From NCBI GenBank assembly GCA_904418825.1, contig CAJFPU010000001.1:986-64985 (forward strand): a stretch of DNA of 64,000 nt, given 5' to 3'. The number at the start of each line of letters is the position of its first letter. Position 1 is the stretch's first letter. This stretch comes from an uncultured Romboutsia sp. (lineage in GTDB: Bacteria > Bacillota > Clostridia > Peptostreptococcales > Peptostreptococcaceae). A program made the position numbers and the translations under genes. Positions 1-9,825 of the stretch are shown here, piece by piece. The notes under the pieces were generated by a model, which saw only the letters and a list, made by a program, of their open reading frames with translations, did not search any database and was not told the origin of the DNA.

Positions 1-1
1 G

Positions 2-214
2 ATTATGTAAATTTTCTTCTTCTATATATTCTGTTGTTCGAGATATCTCACTATTTTCTGAATCTTTTATTTGTTCTTTTTCTATTTTATCTTCAAAAGA
101 TTCTTTGTTTTTATCTTCATTTTCTTCAACAATAACTTCTTTTTGTTTTATTGTTTCATTTTCGTTTAATTCTTCTTGTTTTTTCTTTCCGAAATTAAAT
201 ATTTTTTTAAACAC
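2..214 (-). CDS. ftsY: Signal recognition particle receptor FtsY, N-terminal part (runs off window)
   Basis: Not in ORF track. AGGAGG RBS, GTG start at 214, reads MFKKIFNFGKKKQEELNENETIKQKEVIVEE (acidic N-terminus); lies downstream of smc as usual. Identity rests mainly on synteny. Confidence 0.8.
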   Translation of the reverse strand, partial: MFKKIFNFGKKKQEELNENETIKQKEVIVEENEDKNKESFEDKIEKEQIKDSENSEISRTTEYIEEENLHN

Positions 215-277
215 TTATTTTCCTCCTAAAACTAATATTATATTTAACCTAACACAATTATATGTACATAATATTTT

Positions 278-317
278 ATATTTAATAAGTAGCTAGTATT
301 AGCTACTTATTAAATAT
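278..317 (-). terminator. Inverted repeat after smc (likely terminator)
   Basis: 18-bp perfect arms atatttaataagtagcta / tagctacttattaaatat with a 4-nt loop, adjoining the smc stop. Confidence 0.65.
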
Positions 318-3300
318 TATATAACATCTACAATTTTTTCTGCTTCTTTAAGTTTTAAACTTAATACCTTTGATATTGCTTTTTCTTGCATTGTTACACC
401 ATATATATAATCTGCTACCTCCATAGTTCCTCTTCTATGCGTAACAGATATAAACTGAGTATCATTAGATAACTCTTTTAAGAATTTCCCAAATCTAAAT
501 ATATTAGCATCATCAAGTGGCGCTTCTATCTCATCTAATATACAAAACGGCGTTGGCTTTGCAAGTATAATGGAGAATAATATACTTATAGCAGTAAGAG
601 CTTTTTCTCCTCCTGATAGTAGATTTAAATTTTTCATTTTCTTACCTGGTGGTTGGGCAGTTATCTCTATATCACTTTCTAATATATTATTTATATCTAT
701 AATCTTTAATTCTCCATGACCTCCACCAAATAACCTTTTATATACAAATTTAAAGTTTTCATTTATTTTGTTAAAATTAATTTCAAATTCTTTTTTCATA
801 TTTTCTTCTAATTCATATATAAGTTTTTCTATAACATCTATTGATTGTTCTAAATCTTTCTTCTGTTCGCTATAGAAATCATGTCTTTCTTTTATATGTT
901 CATATTCTTTTATAGAATCTAAGTTTATATTTCCAAGATTTCTTATTTCTTTTCTGATATTTTCAAGATACTTTTTATCAACATCTATACTATCATCTTT
1001 CATTTCTATAGCTTTTTCTAAAGTTATTTCATATTTTTCATATAAACTATTTATATGATCTTCTTTATTAGACTTTAGTCTATCTACTTTACTATCTACT
1101 TTAAATAAACTTTCTTTTAAATCAATATATTGTCTGTCTATATTTTTTAATTCCTTATTTAAAGTATCTATTTTTTCTTTTAAACTATCTTTTGATAATT
1201 TTTTAGTTTCTAAACCTCTAGTATTATCTACTAATTGTTTGTTTAAACTTATTTTTTCAGTTTCTTCTATAACTATTTCTTCTTCCAATTTAGATATCTC
1301 TATTATTTTATCATCTAGGTACTTTTCTATTTGTGTATACTTATTTTCTAAAGATTTGCTTTCTTCATCTATTCTTTGTATATCTTTAATTAAACTTTCG
1401 TATATTTGATTATTTTTTACTAAGTTTAAATTTAAATTATCAAATTTTATTTTTTCATCTTCATATAAAGAATTGTATTGTTTCAACTCATTATTTAAAT
1501 CTTCTATTTTAAATTTATTTTTAGCATGCCTAGCGTCTATAGATAATATATCATCTCTTATAAATTTAGCTTTTTCTAATGTATACTCTAAATTAGAACC
1601 TAAGCCATCTTTTTCATTTTCTAACTTTTCAACACTTATATTTAAAGATTTTATTTCTTCTTTAAATTTATTAATTTCTGCGTTCTCAACTATATATTCC
1701 TTATCAAGATGATTTATATTTAAAATTGTTTGATTTAATTTTTCTCTAATAATATTTATATTATTATCCGTTTCATTTTTTTGTAAATATAAACTATCTA
1801 TTTCATTTTTTAATAAGTTTATTTTTTCTTTATATTCATTTATAAGTCTTTTTCTAGATAATATATTACCACTTACTTTTAAGCTTCCTCCAGTTAGAGA
1901 TCCTCCTGGATTTAATATATCGCCATCTAATGTTACAACTTTAAATTTATGATTATTTTCTTTAGCAAATTTTATTGCATTATCTATATTATCTATTATT
2001 ATAGTTCTACCAAGTATATTTTCTATTATATTTCTATACTTGTCATTAAATTTTATTAAATCACTAGCTATTCCTATAAAACTTGTATCTGCTTTTATAT
2101 TTCTAGTATCTATCTTATTAGGTTTAATTATATTAATAGGTAAAAATGTAACTCTACCTAAGTTATTTTTCTTTAAATAGTTTATAGCAAATTTAGCACT
2201 AGCTTCATCATTAGTTATTATATTTTGCATATAAGCCCCTAATGCCGCCTCTATACATTTTTCAAATTTAGAAGGGACTTCTATAACTTGTCCAAGAGCT
2301 CCTTCTATTCCTTTTAAATTCTTATTTTTAAGAATTTCTTTTACACCTTTGTTAAAGCCCTCATAATGATTTTCCATTTCAACATATATATTAAGCTTGG
2401 ATTTATAATCATTTAAACTATACTTGCTATTTTGAATTTGCTTTTCTATATTATTATTTTTATTTATTAGTTTATTTAAATCATTATTAAATTTTACTTC
2501 ATTACTTTTTAAATCTTTTATAGTTTTAGTTTTTTCTTCTAATTTTACCAACGATTTTGATACTTCTTCTTTTTTCTGACCTATATTAGATTTAATTTCT
2601 CTTATATCTAAATCTATAGTATCTTTTCTTAAGTTTATATTTTCTATATTAGCATTTAAAGTTGAAAGTTTACTTGAAGCCTCTTGTTTATTATTTAAAA
2701 GATTTATTATCTCATCCTTTAGATTTTCAACTTCTAAATTAATCGTTTCTATTTTCTCTTTATTATCTTTATTATTAGATTCTATAGACTTTATGTCTGT
2801 ATTTAAATTATCTATAATTTTTTCTTTCTGAGATTTTTGAGTCCTTAAATCTTCTAAGATAATTTTATCATTATTCAATTTTTCTTTTATATAAGTAGTC
2901 TCTTCTTTATTTCTTTGTATTTCACTTTTACAATTTCTTATTTTTTCATTTATAAGATTAACCTGAGCATCTTTTTGTGATATTACAGATTTTATTGTAT
3001 TTATATAGTCCTGTGATTTATTTATTCCTTCATCAATATTTTCTATTTCTAAATTATTTTCTTCAATAGTCTTTTCTAAAGTACTTTTTTGCTTTTGAAT
3101 TTCCTCAGATTGACTTTTTAATAAATCACTATGTTTATTTAGCTCTTCTAATTCTACTTCTAATTCTGAAATTTCTTTTATATAGCTATTAACTTCTATT
3201 ACCTTTAAATTTTCGCTAAGTTTTAAATACTTTACTGCTTTTTCTTTTTGTACAAATAAAGGCTTAAGTTGATTTTCTATTTCTATATATATATCATCTA

Positions 3301-3871
3301 TTCTTTCTAAGTTTTCTTTAGTATATTTTAAGTTTCTCTCTGCTTCTTGCTTTTTATATCTAAACTTAGATATACCACACGCTTCATCAAATACTTTTCT
3401 TCTATTAACAGGATTGTTGCTAAGTATTTCATCAACTTTACCTTGTTCAATAATTGAATATCCATCCTTACCTATCCCTGTATCTAATAGTATTTCTTTT
3501 ATATCTTTTAATCTACAACTTTTATTATTTAAGAAAAACTCACTTTCTCCATTTCTATATGCTCTTCTTTTTATAGTAATTTCGCTAAATCCTAGATCTA
3601 ATTTATCATCACTATTATCTAGAGTTATAGCTACTTCACAATAATTCATAGGCTTTTTAGTCTCTGTTCCTACAAATATTACATCTTCTAATTTATCGCC
3701 TCTAAGACTTTTAGCACTTTGTTCTCCTAAAACCCATCTGACAGCATCAGATATATTACTTTTTCCACTACCATTTGGACCAACTATAGCCGTTATTCCT
3801 TCATTGAAAACTATCTCTGTTTTTGTAGGAAATGACTTAAATCCCTTTATCTCAAGTCTTTTTAAATACAA
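317..3871 (-). CDS. smc: Chromosome segregation protein SMC
   Basis: Walker A GPNGSGKSN, long coiled coils, hinge (GRVTFLP, GGSLTGGS), LSGGEK signature, Walker B LDEIEAPLD; probable TTG start at 3871 behind GGGAG (ORF track starts at 3889). Confidence 0.97.
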   Translation of the reverse strand: MYLKRLEIKGFKSFPTKTEIVFNEGITAIVGPNGSGKSNISDAVRWVLGEQSAKSLRGDKLEDVIFVGTETKKPMNYCEVAITLDNSDDKLDLGFSEITIKRRAYRNGESEFFLNNKSCRLKDIKEILLDTGIGKDGYSIIEQGKVDEILSNNPVNRRKVFDEACGISKFRYKKQEAERNLKYTKENLERIDDIYIEIENQLKPLFVQKEKAVKYLKLSENLKVIEVNSYIKEISELEVELEELNKHSDLLKSQSEEIQKQKSTLEKTIEENNLEIENIDEGINKSQDYINTIKSVISQKDAQVNLINEKIRNCKSEIQRNKEETTYIKEKLNNDKIILEDLRTQKSQKEKIIDNLNTDIKSIESNNKDNKEKIETINLEVENLKDEIINLLNNKQEASSKLSTLNANIENINLRKDTIDLDIREIKSNIGQKKEEVSKSLVKLEEKTKTIKDLKSNEVKFNNDLNKLINKNNNIEKQIQNSKYSLNDYKSKLNIYVEMENHYEGFNKGVKEILKNKNLKGIEGALGQVIEVPSKFEKCIEAALGAYMQNIITNDEASAKFAINYLKKNNLGRVTFLPINIIKPNKIDTRNIKADTSFIGIASDLIKFNDKYRNIIENILGRTIIIDNIDNAIKFAKENNHKFKVVTLDGDILNPGGSLTGGSLKVSGNILSRKRLINEYKEKINLLKNEIDSLYLQKNETDNNINIIREKLNQTILNINHLDKEYIVENAEINKFKEEIKSLNISVEKLENEKDGLGSNLEYTLEKAKFIRDDILSIDARHAKNKFKIEDLNNELKQYNSLYEDEKIKFDNLNLNLVKNNQIYESLIKDIQRIDEESKSLENKYTQIEKYLDDKIIEISKLEEEIVIEETEKISLNKQLVDNTRGLETKKLSKDSLKEKIDTLNKELKNIDRQYIDLKESLFKVDSKVDRLKSNKEDHINSLYEKYEITLEKAIEMKDDSIDVDKKYLENIRKEIRNLGNINLDSIKEYEHIKERHDFYSEQKKDLEQSIDVIEKLIYELEENMKKEFEINFNKINENFKFVYKRLFGGGHGELKIIDINNILESDIEITAQPPGKKMKNLNLLSGGEKALTAISILFSIILAKPTPFCILDEIEAPLDDANIFRFGKFLKELSNDTQFISVTHRRGTMEVADYIYGVTMQEKAISKVLSLKLKEAEKIVDVI

Positions 3872-3897
3872 CGTCATCTCTCCCTTCAATGATAAAA

Positions 3898-4968
3898 CTA
3901 AAGGTTGTAAATTTTATATAAACTTTCATATATTTCATTCATATTAGCTTTTATTTCTTTTGTATCATCTAATATAATATCTAATTTATTTATGTCTATA
4001 TCTGATTCTTTAGTTTTTAATATAATATTTAACTCATTTTTCATATAATTACTATTACTTTTTTTGTTACCTATTATTTTAGATATATTTTTCTTATTGG
4101 TTTTAATTAATATATTACTTTTAACCTTATTTTGTATAACAATAGATTCTAAATAATCTTTAATCATTTCAGATTCAACTAATTCTCTAAATGCTGGGTG
4201 ATAAGGTCCATCAAGTATAGCCTTACCAAGTTGTATATCATCCGTCGCTTGAAGTCCTACTCTTATTACATTTATATTATTAACATAAAATAAAGCTAAA
4301 AGCTTTTTGACTATTTGTATACTTTCATCCAATGTAAATGGACTATATCTTCTTTCATTTAATAAATTTTCAAGTCCTGTTTCTTTTACTACTAAAGTTG
4401 GATATATTCTTACACAATCAGGTTTCATTTCTATAAATTTTCTTGCAGTTTCTATACATTTTCTTTCTGCATCAGATGGAAGACCTACCATCATTTGAAG
4501 CCCTAATTGTATACCATAGTCCTTTATTAATTTTGCGCTTTTAAATACTTCTTCTGCATGATGTCCTCTTATACTATCTCTAAGTACATCTTCATCTAAA
4601 GATTGTACTCCAAGTTCAATTATACTAACTTTATACTCTTTTAACATACTTAATATATCTTTATCTATGCAATCAGGTCTTGTAGACATTCTTATATCAT
4701 TTACTAGTCCTTTATCTACATATTCCTTAGCTACAGATAATAAACTTTTTTGTATTTCTACATCTATTGCAGTAAAGCTACCTCCAAAAAATGCAATTTC
4801 CACACTAGCATCTTTATCTATAGTAGTTAAATATTCTTCTACTATATTTTTTACATCTTCACTAGTTATATCTGTACTAACCCCTGTTATCTTCTTTTGA
4901 TTACAAAATATACAATCATGAGGACAACCTCTATGAGGTACAAATATAGGTATTATTCTTTTTTTCAT
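3898..4968 (-). CDS. Radical SAM protein (Elp3/YhcC-like)
   Basis: CPHDCIFC motif, FFGGSFT, STRPD, ELGVQS; located between rnc and smc. Confidence 0.85.
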   Translation of the reverse strand: MKKRIIPIFVPHRGCPHDCIFCNQKKITGVSTDITSEDVKNIVEEYLTTIDKDASVEIAFFGGSFTAIDVEIQKSLLSVAKEYVDKGLVNDIRMSTRPDCIDKDILSMLKEYKVSIIELGVQSLDEDVLRDSIRGHHAEEVFKSAKLIKDYGIQLGLQMMVGLPSDAERKCIETARKFIEMKPDCVRIYPTLVVKETGLENLLNERRYSPFTLDESIQIVKKLLALFYVNNINVIRVGLQATDDIQLGKAILDGPYHPAFRELVESEMIKDYLESIVIQNKVKSNILIKTNKKNISKIIGNKKSNSNYMKNELNIILKTKESDIDINKLDIILDDTKEIKANMNEIYESLYKIYNL

Positions 4969-5003
4969 TTATTATCACCCTTTACTATAAACTCTGCCAA
5001 GCT

Positions 5004-5705
5004 CTAATTCATATTATCTAATGCTTTCTTTGCAGCAACTTGCTCTGCTTCTTTTTTACTTTTACCTTCTCCAAATCCTAATATTTTATTATCTATACCA
5101 ACTTGCATAACAAATTTCTTATTATGATCTGGACCTTTTTCATCTATTAATTTATACCATATATTAACTTCACCTTTACTTTGTAAAACTTCTTGAAGAT
5201 GCGTTTTATAATCTCTAAATATTTTTCCTTTTCTAGAGTTTACTATTATATCTTTCATATATGTTAATATGAATTTTGAAGCTTCTCTAAGTCCTCCATC
5301 TAAGTAAATTGCAGCTATAACTGCTTCAAAGGCATCAGCAAGAATAGATATTCGTTCTCTTCCTCCAGTCGCTTCTTCTCCTTTTCCAAGTAACATATAT
5401 TCGCCCAGTTTTATACTAATAGCTACTTCGCTTAATGATTCTTCACACACTATATTGGCTCTTAATTTAGTAAGTTCTCCTTCAGGTAATTCAGTTTCTT
5501 TTTTAAATAAATAATCACTTATAACTATACTAAGAACAGAATCTCCTAAGAACTCTAGTCTTTCATTAAAGTTATATTCCTTATTTTCATTAGAATATGA
5601 ACTATGTGTAAGCGCTTCTAATATATATTCTTTATTATTAAATCTATATCCGATAATATTTTCAAATTGAACTATACTGTCTAATATATTTTTGTTTAAT
5701 TTCAT
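5004..5705 (-). CDS. rnc: Ribonuclease III
   Basis: NERLEFLGDSVL signature, ADAFEA, C-terminal dsRBD (DYKTHLQE...GKSKKEAEQ). Confidence 0.98.
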   Translation of the reverse strand: MKLNKNILDSIVQFENIIGYRFNNKEYILEALTHSSYSNENKEYNFNERLEFLGDSVLSIVISDYLFKKETELPEGELTKLRANIVCEESLSEVAISIKLGEYMLLGKGEEATGGRERISILADAFEAVIAAIYLDGGLREASKFILTYMKDIIVNSRKGKIFRDYKTHLQEVLQSKGEVNIWYKLIDEKGPDHNKKFVMQVGIDNKILGFGEGKSKKEAEQVAAKKALDNMN

Positions 5706-5887
5706 TATAATACCTCCGAATTAACTATCCCTAGCTTATAGTGTACTATTTTTCTAAAAGTATTGCAAAATAAAATTCACACTAAACTACGTAAAATAAA
5801 TACATTTATAATATAAATTATATATATTTGATACAATAGTATTTCATTATAGTTTAGAACTTCTAACTTAAATATCTATATAGAAAT

Positions 5888-5913
5888 GCCTATGAGAATA
5901 TTATCTCATAGGC
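5888..5913 (-). terminator. Hairpin downstream of CD1247-like gene
   Basis: gcctatgaga...tctcataggc inverted repeat. Confidence 0.6.
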
Positions 5914-5931
5914 CTATTAGATTATATTTAA

Positions 5932-6354
5932 TTATTCTCCACAATCACAATCTGTACAATTATAATCATCGTCATCATCAGAAGATAATATTATAGCCTT
6001 ACAGTTTGGACAAACTACATCAACTTCATCATCATATAATAGTTCTTCATCTATTTCTACTAAATCATTACAATTTGGGCATTCCATTTCTATAAAACTA
6101 AGATCATCACAATCTTCATCTAGTTCTTCATCATCATATATATCATCTTCTATATCTGATAAATCCTCATCTATAGACTCAACATATTCAGCTAAATCAC
6201 ATTGTTCCTCATCTAATTCTACTATAGACTCTGCAAAACTTTCTAATACATCTATTATTTTATGTATTATCTTACCTTCCTTACTTTCTTTTCCTATTTC
6301 TAATCCTTCAGCTAATCCTTTTAAGTATGCTACCTCTTCATATAAATATTTCAT
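5932..6354 (-). CDS. CD1247 N-terminal-domain family protein, acidic, with Zn-ribbon
   Basis: MKYLYEEVAYLKGLAEGL N-terminus, two CPNC motifs; start moved to ATG 6354 behind GAGAGGG. Confidence 0.8.
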   Translation of the reverse strand: MKYLYEEVAYLKGLAEGLEIGKESKEGKIIHKIIDVLESFAESIVELDEEQCDLAEYVESIDEDLSDIEDDIYDDEELDEDCDDLSFIEMECPNCNDLVEIDEELLYDDEVDVVCPNCKAIILSSDDDDDYNCTDCDCGE

Positions 6355-6385
6355 ATGTACCCCTCTCTTTCTTTTTATATAAATT

Positions 6386-6426
6386 AAAAGCTCGTACATC
6401 TTTATTATTAAGATATACAAGCTTTT
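6386..6426 (-). terminator. efp terminator hairpin
   Basis: 17-bp arms (G.U pairs on minus strand) ending in a T-run just after the efp stop. Confidence 0.65.
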
Positions 6427-6439
6427 TATACATAAATTA

Positions 6440-6997
6440 CTAAACTCTTGATAAATATTCTCCAGTTCTAGTATCTATTTTTATTTTATCTCCTTGATTT
6501 ATAAATAAAGGAACTTGAACAACTGCTCCAGTTTCAACTGTAGCTGCTTTAGTTACATTACTTGCAGTATCTCCTTTGATTCCTGGTTCAGTCTCTACTA
6601 CTTCTAATTCTGCAAAGTTTGGAGCTTCAACTTGGAAAGCTTGACCTTGGTAGAATCTTATAGTAGCTACTTCATTTTCTTTTAAGAATTTTATAGCATC
6701 TTCAACTTGCTCATAGTTTAATGGTATTTGATCATATGTTTCTTCATCCATGAAGTAGTATAATTCACCATCATTGTATAAGTATTGCATTTGTCTTGTA
6801 TCTATATGAGCTTTAGGGAATTTATCACTTGGGTTAAAAGCTTCTTCTCTTATAGCTCCTGTCTTTAGATTCTTGTATTTAGTTCTAACGAAAGCTGCTC
6901 CTTTACCAGGCTTTACGTGTTGGAAATCAACTATTAAACATGGTTGACCATCTTTTTCAAATGTTACACCTTTTCTGAAATCACTTGCATTTACCAT
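6440..6997 (-). CDS. efp: Elongation factor P
   Basis: [31 protein letters not shown]. Confidence 0.98.
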   Translation of the reverse strand: MVNASDFRKGVTFEKDGQPCLIVDFQHVKPGKGAAFVRTKYKNLKTGAIREEAFNPSDKFPKAHIDTRQMQYLYNDGELYYFMDEETYDQIPLNYEQVEDAIKFLKENEVATIRFYQGQAFQVEAPNFAELEVVETEPGIKGDTASNVTKAATVETGAVVQVPLFINQGDKIKIDTRTGEYLSRV

Positions 6998-7154
6998 TTT
7001 GTTCCTCCATATAAAAATAATTTTATTTCTCGATACTTAGGATTTATTTAATTATATTATTATTATAATCAAATATCTAAATTTAATTTTAGGCAAATAT
7101 TTCTCTATATTTAATTTACCATTATATATCCTTTTATTACCGTATCCTCTGTAA

Positions 7155-7182
7155 ATTATATACTCTATTGTAATCTTGTCAA
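7155..7182 (-). promoter_or_regulatory. SigA promoter of efp
   Basis: TTGACA (7182-7177), 16 nt, TATAAT (7160-7155). Confidence 0.75.
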
Positions 7183-7185
7183 GTT

Positions 7186-7608
7186 AATTATAATGATTTA
7201 TATACCTATTAGATAATATATATTCTTAGAAATCAAAACTTAATATTTGTCCAATACATATACCTATTGAAATACTTTTTTTCTAAATCATTCTTGTATT
7301 TAATAAATATTAAAAATATGTACTTCTACATAATTAATATGATATATTTAATTAAATCATAAATACCATAACTCTAGTGAGTAAAAGCTCTTTAATTTAT
7401 AACTACTCCGTCAAATCTTTTATTCACTTTATAAAATTTATATATTTATATATCTTTCATAATTGCTTTTAAAAAACTCTATTTTAAATTTATGTTTAAA
7501 TATGTTTTTATAAAACTTACTTAATCATCTAAGGTTGTATTTAAATAGATATGATGTTTTATTTTTTTATATATTCAAGTTTGAAATATTAATTACTAAT
7601 ATTTTTAT
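7186..7608 (-). pseudogene. aroQ: Heavily decayed type II 3-dehydroquinate dehydratase
   Basis: Not in ORF track. Minus-strand fragments in correct order: KILVINISNLN, NTTLDD*, IEFFKSNYE, FDGVVIN*RAFTH*SYGIYDLIK, YVEVHIFNIY, CIGQILSF; multiple stops and frameshifts; directly after aroK. Ends approximate. Confidence 0.85.
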
Positions 7609-7660
7609 ATTCTTTATTCAACTACATGATTACAATTTCATATAACTATAATATCATAAA

Positions 7661-8167
7661 TTATCTAATATAAACAAGTATTTGACTTATTACTTCCTCT
7701 ATATTTTTATCATTTATATCTATTAATATATCGCTTACCTGTCTATATTTTTCATATCTAATAGATAATAATTCCTCTATTTTTTTACTTAAATTTTCAC
7801 TACCTTTTAATAGAGGCCTTTGGCTTATATCATTATGTAAATTATTTATTATAGTTTTAATACTTCCATCTAAGAATATTACGTTTTTTTCATGTTTTAA
7901 TATATCAAAATTTTCTTTAGTGGTAATTATACCACCACCAGTTGATATCACTATATTATCATTTTTTACTAAATCTTTTAATAAATTATTTTCTAATTTT
8001 CTAAAATATTTTTCTCCATCTTGTTCAAATATTTTAGATATAGATTTTTTTTCTACCAATTCTATTTCATAATCAGTATCTATAAAATCAAAATTCAGCT
8101 TTTTAGCTAACCTTTTACCTACAGATGTTTTGCCTACACCCATAAACCCTATTAGTATTACTCTCAT
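7661..8167 (-). CDS. aroK: Shikimate kinase
   Basis: LIGFMGVGKT P-loop, DTD, GEKYFRKLE, STGGG, RPLL. Confidence 0.95.
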   Translation of the reverse strand: MRVILIGFMGVGKTSVGKRLAKKLNFDFIDTDYEIELVEKKSISKIFEQDGEKYFRKLENNLLKDLVKNDNIVISTGGGIITTKENFDILKHEKNVIFLDGSIKTIINNLHNDISQRPLLKGSENLSKKIEELLSIRYEKYRQVSDILIDINDKNIEEVISQILVYIR

Positions 8168-8676
8168 ACGTCTTCTTCCTTAAAGTTTATTATATCTATA
8201 GTAAAATTAGTTTTATAAACTTGTTTATTTTTTGATAGTTCTAATTTAATATCTATAATTTTACCACTATTTTGCTTAGAAATCAGTATTTTATCGACAT
8301 AATCTCCAATTTCATAACCACTACTTGCAGTTACATCTTTTATAAACAATTTATTACTACTTGGAATAAATTTAATTTCTTTATCTTTCAATTTATTATC
8401 ATCTTCTTTATATTTACACTTAATTGATGTTACTGATAAAAAATTATTTATCTCTTCCTTAGAAATTATACCTATAATACCCTTAGAATTTCCTATTAAT
8501 TCATCAATATAATTTGTAATTTCTATAGCTTGTTGTTGAAGCTCTATTTTATCTTCTATGTTCGATTTCATATTAAGTGATAAATCTAATATTAAATAAA
8601 TAATAGATGATAATATCATTATTATTGATAATGTTATTACACTTTCTATAAGTATATATCCTTTTTTACATTTCAT
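8164..8676 (-). CDS. Type IV/ComG-like minor pilin
   Basis: Class III signal MKCKKG|YILIES with E5 and hydrophobic helix. Confidence 0.8.
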   Translation of the reverse strand: MKCKKGYILIESVITLSIIMILSSIIYLILDLSLNMKSNIEDKIELQQQAIEITNYIDELIGNSKGIIGIISKEEINNFLSVTSIKCKYKEDDNKLKDKEIKFIPSSNKLFIKDVTASSGYEIGDYVDKILISKQNSGKIIDIKLELSKNKQVYKTNFTIDIINFKEEDV

Positions 8677-9105
8677 ATTTACCTTCTTTTATAAGTACTC
8701 TACCACTTATAGGTACTATCGTTATTTCTTTTTTTGTATCTTTGTAAATAATTCTTATAGTTGTACCAGATGGATATGGAGTACCATCTGCTTTAAATTT
8801 TATCATAGGTCTGGTATAATCTATTTTACATGTTTTAGGTAGATATACTTTTTTTATATCTTTTCTATTTTCATTCAATGTAAAACTGCTTCCTTCCTCG
8901 CTTTTATTTAAATAAATATACGTATTTGTATTTCCCATCTTATTTAAATTTCTTACATATCTTATATCTGAACAAAGTTGTTTTGTAAATGAATTCACTT
9001 GATACTTTTCTATATTAACTTTAGGAAAATATATCGTTGCTATTAGTAATATTATACTTATGGTTATTACAAGTTCTACTAATGTCACATTCCTTCTCTT
9101 TTCAT
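8666..9105 (-). pseudogene. Type IV/ComGD-like minor pilin with +2 frameshift at the cleavage site
   Basis: AAGGAG RBS, ATG 9105: MKREGM then TGA; the TLVELVITISIILL frame continues after an extra TG (ORF 8666..9088 starts at GTG). Confidence 0.7.
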
Positions 9106-9108
9106 ATT

Positions 9109-9825
9109 TTATTTCTCCTTATAATCGTAAACTTTAACTATATTACTTGGATTTATATTTTTTATTTTTATATTATACTCATCATTATTATCAATTTCAT
9201 CATTATAATTATTATTTATACTATAATTATTGATATTTGGTATTTCTTTAATTTGATTTTCATATTCTAAATTTTTTTCTTTTTCATAATTTATATTTTT
9301 GTCATATTTATCTATAAAATTATTAAAATAATCATTATTTAAAGTTTCATTCTCAACTTCTATTTCATCACTAATATTAAAAAAATTTAAATTTGTATTT
9401 ATTTCTACACTAGCTATATACTTTTTTGTATAGTTATCTTGTTTAAATGTTGATTCTATTTGAAAAGTAATTAATCCATTTAAATCATAAATTATTTTGT
9501 TGGGTATTTTTATGGTTATATTTTGAATTTGACTATTTGATATGTTTTTTATGTTATTTATAAATGTATTTCCTAGAAAATAGCTTTTAAATTCTTCTTC
9601 TGTTTCACTATTTTCAAAAGCTATACTTACTTCTTTTAAAATATTACTATGTACAAGTTCTATTGAACTTAGTAAAGATTCTTTTATAACTATATTCTGA
9701 TAATTTAGATTACTAATTCTACTATTACTATAATTTAATCCTATACACATCATAATTATTGTACTTATAATCGAAAATATTATTAATATAAATACTAATA
9801 CGGAGCCCTTATTGCTGTAATACAT
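9109..9825 (-). CDS. ComGG/PilK-like minor pilin (no E5)
   Basis: MYYSNKG|SVLVFILIIF hydrophobic N-terminus; ATG 9825 lies 10 nt behind GGAGG; Asn/Glu-rich C-terminal region. Confidence 0.65.
   Translation of the reverse strand: MYYSNKGSVLVFILIIFSIISTIIMMCIGLNYSNSRISNLNYQNIVIKESLLSSIELVHSNILKEVSIAFENSETEEEFKSYFLGNTFINNIKNISNSQIQNITIKIPNKIIYDLNGLITFQIESTFKQDNYTKKYIASVEINTNLNFFNISDEIEVENETLNNDYFNNFIDKYDKNINYEKEKNLEYENQIKEIPNINNYSINNNYNDEIDNNDEYNIKIKNINPSNIVKVYDYKEK

Noticed and set aside
9130-9370. Asn/Glu-rich stretch in the 241-aa pilin as a tandem repeat
   Set aside because: Low complexity without a definable repeat unit.
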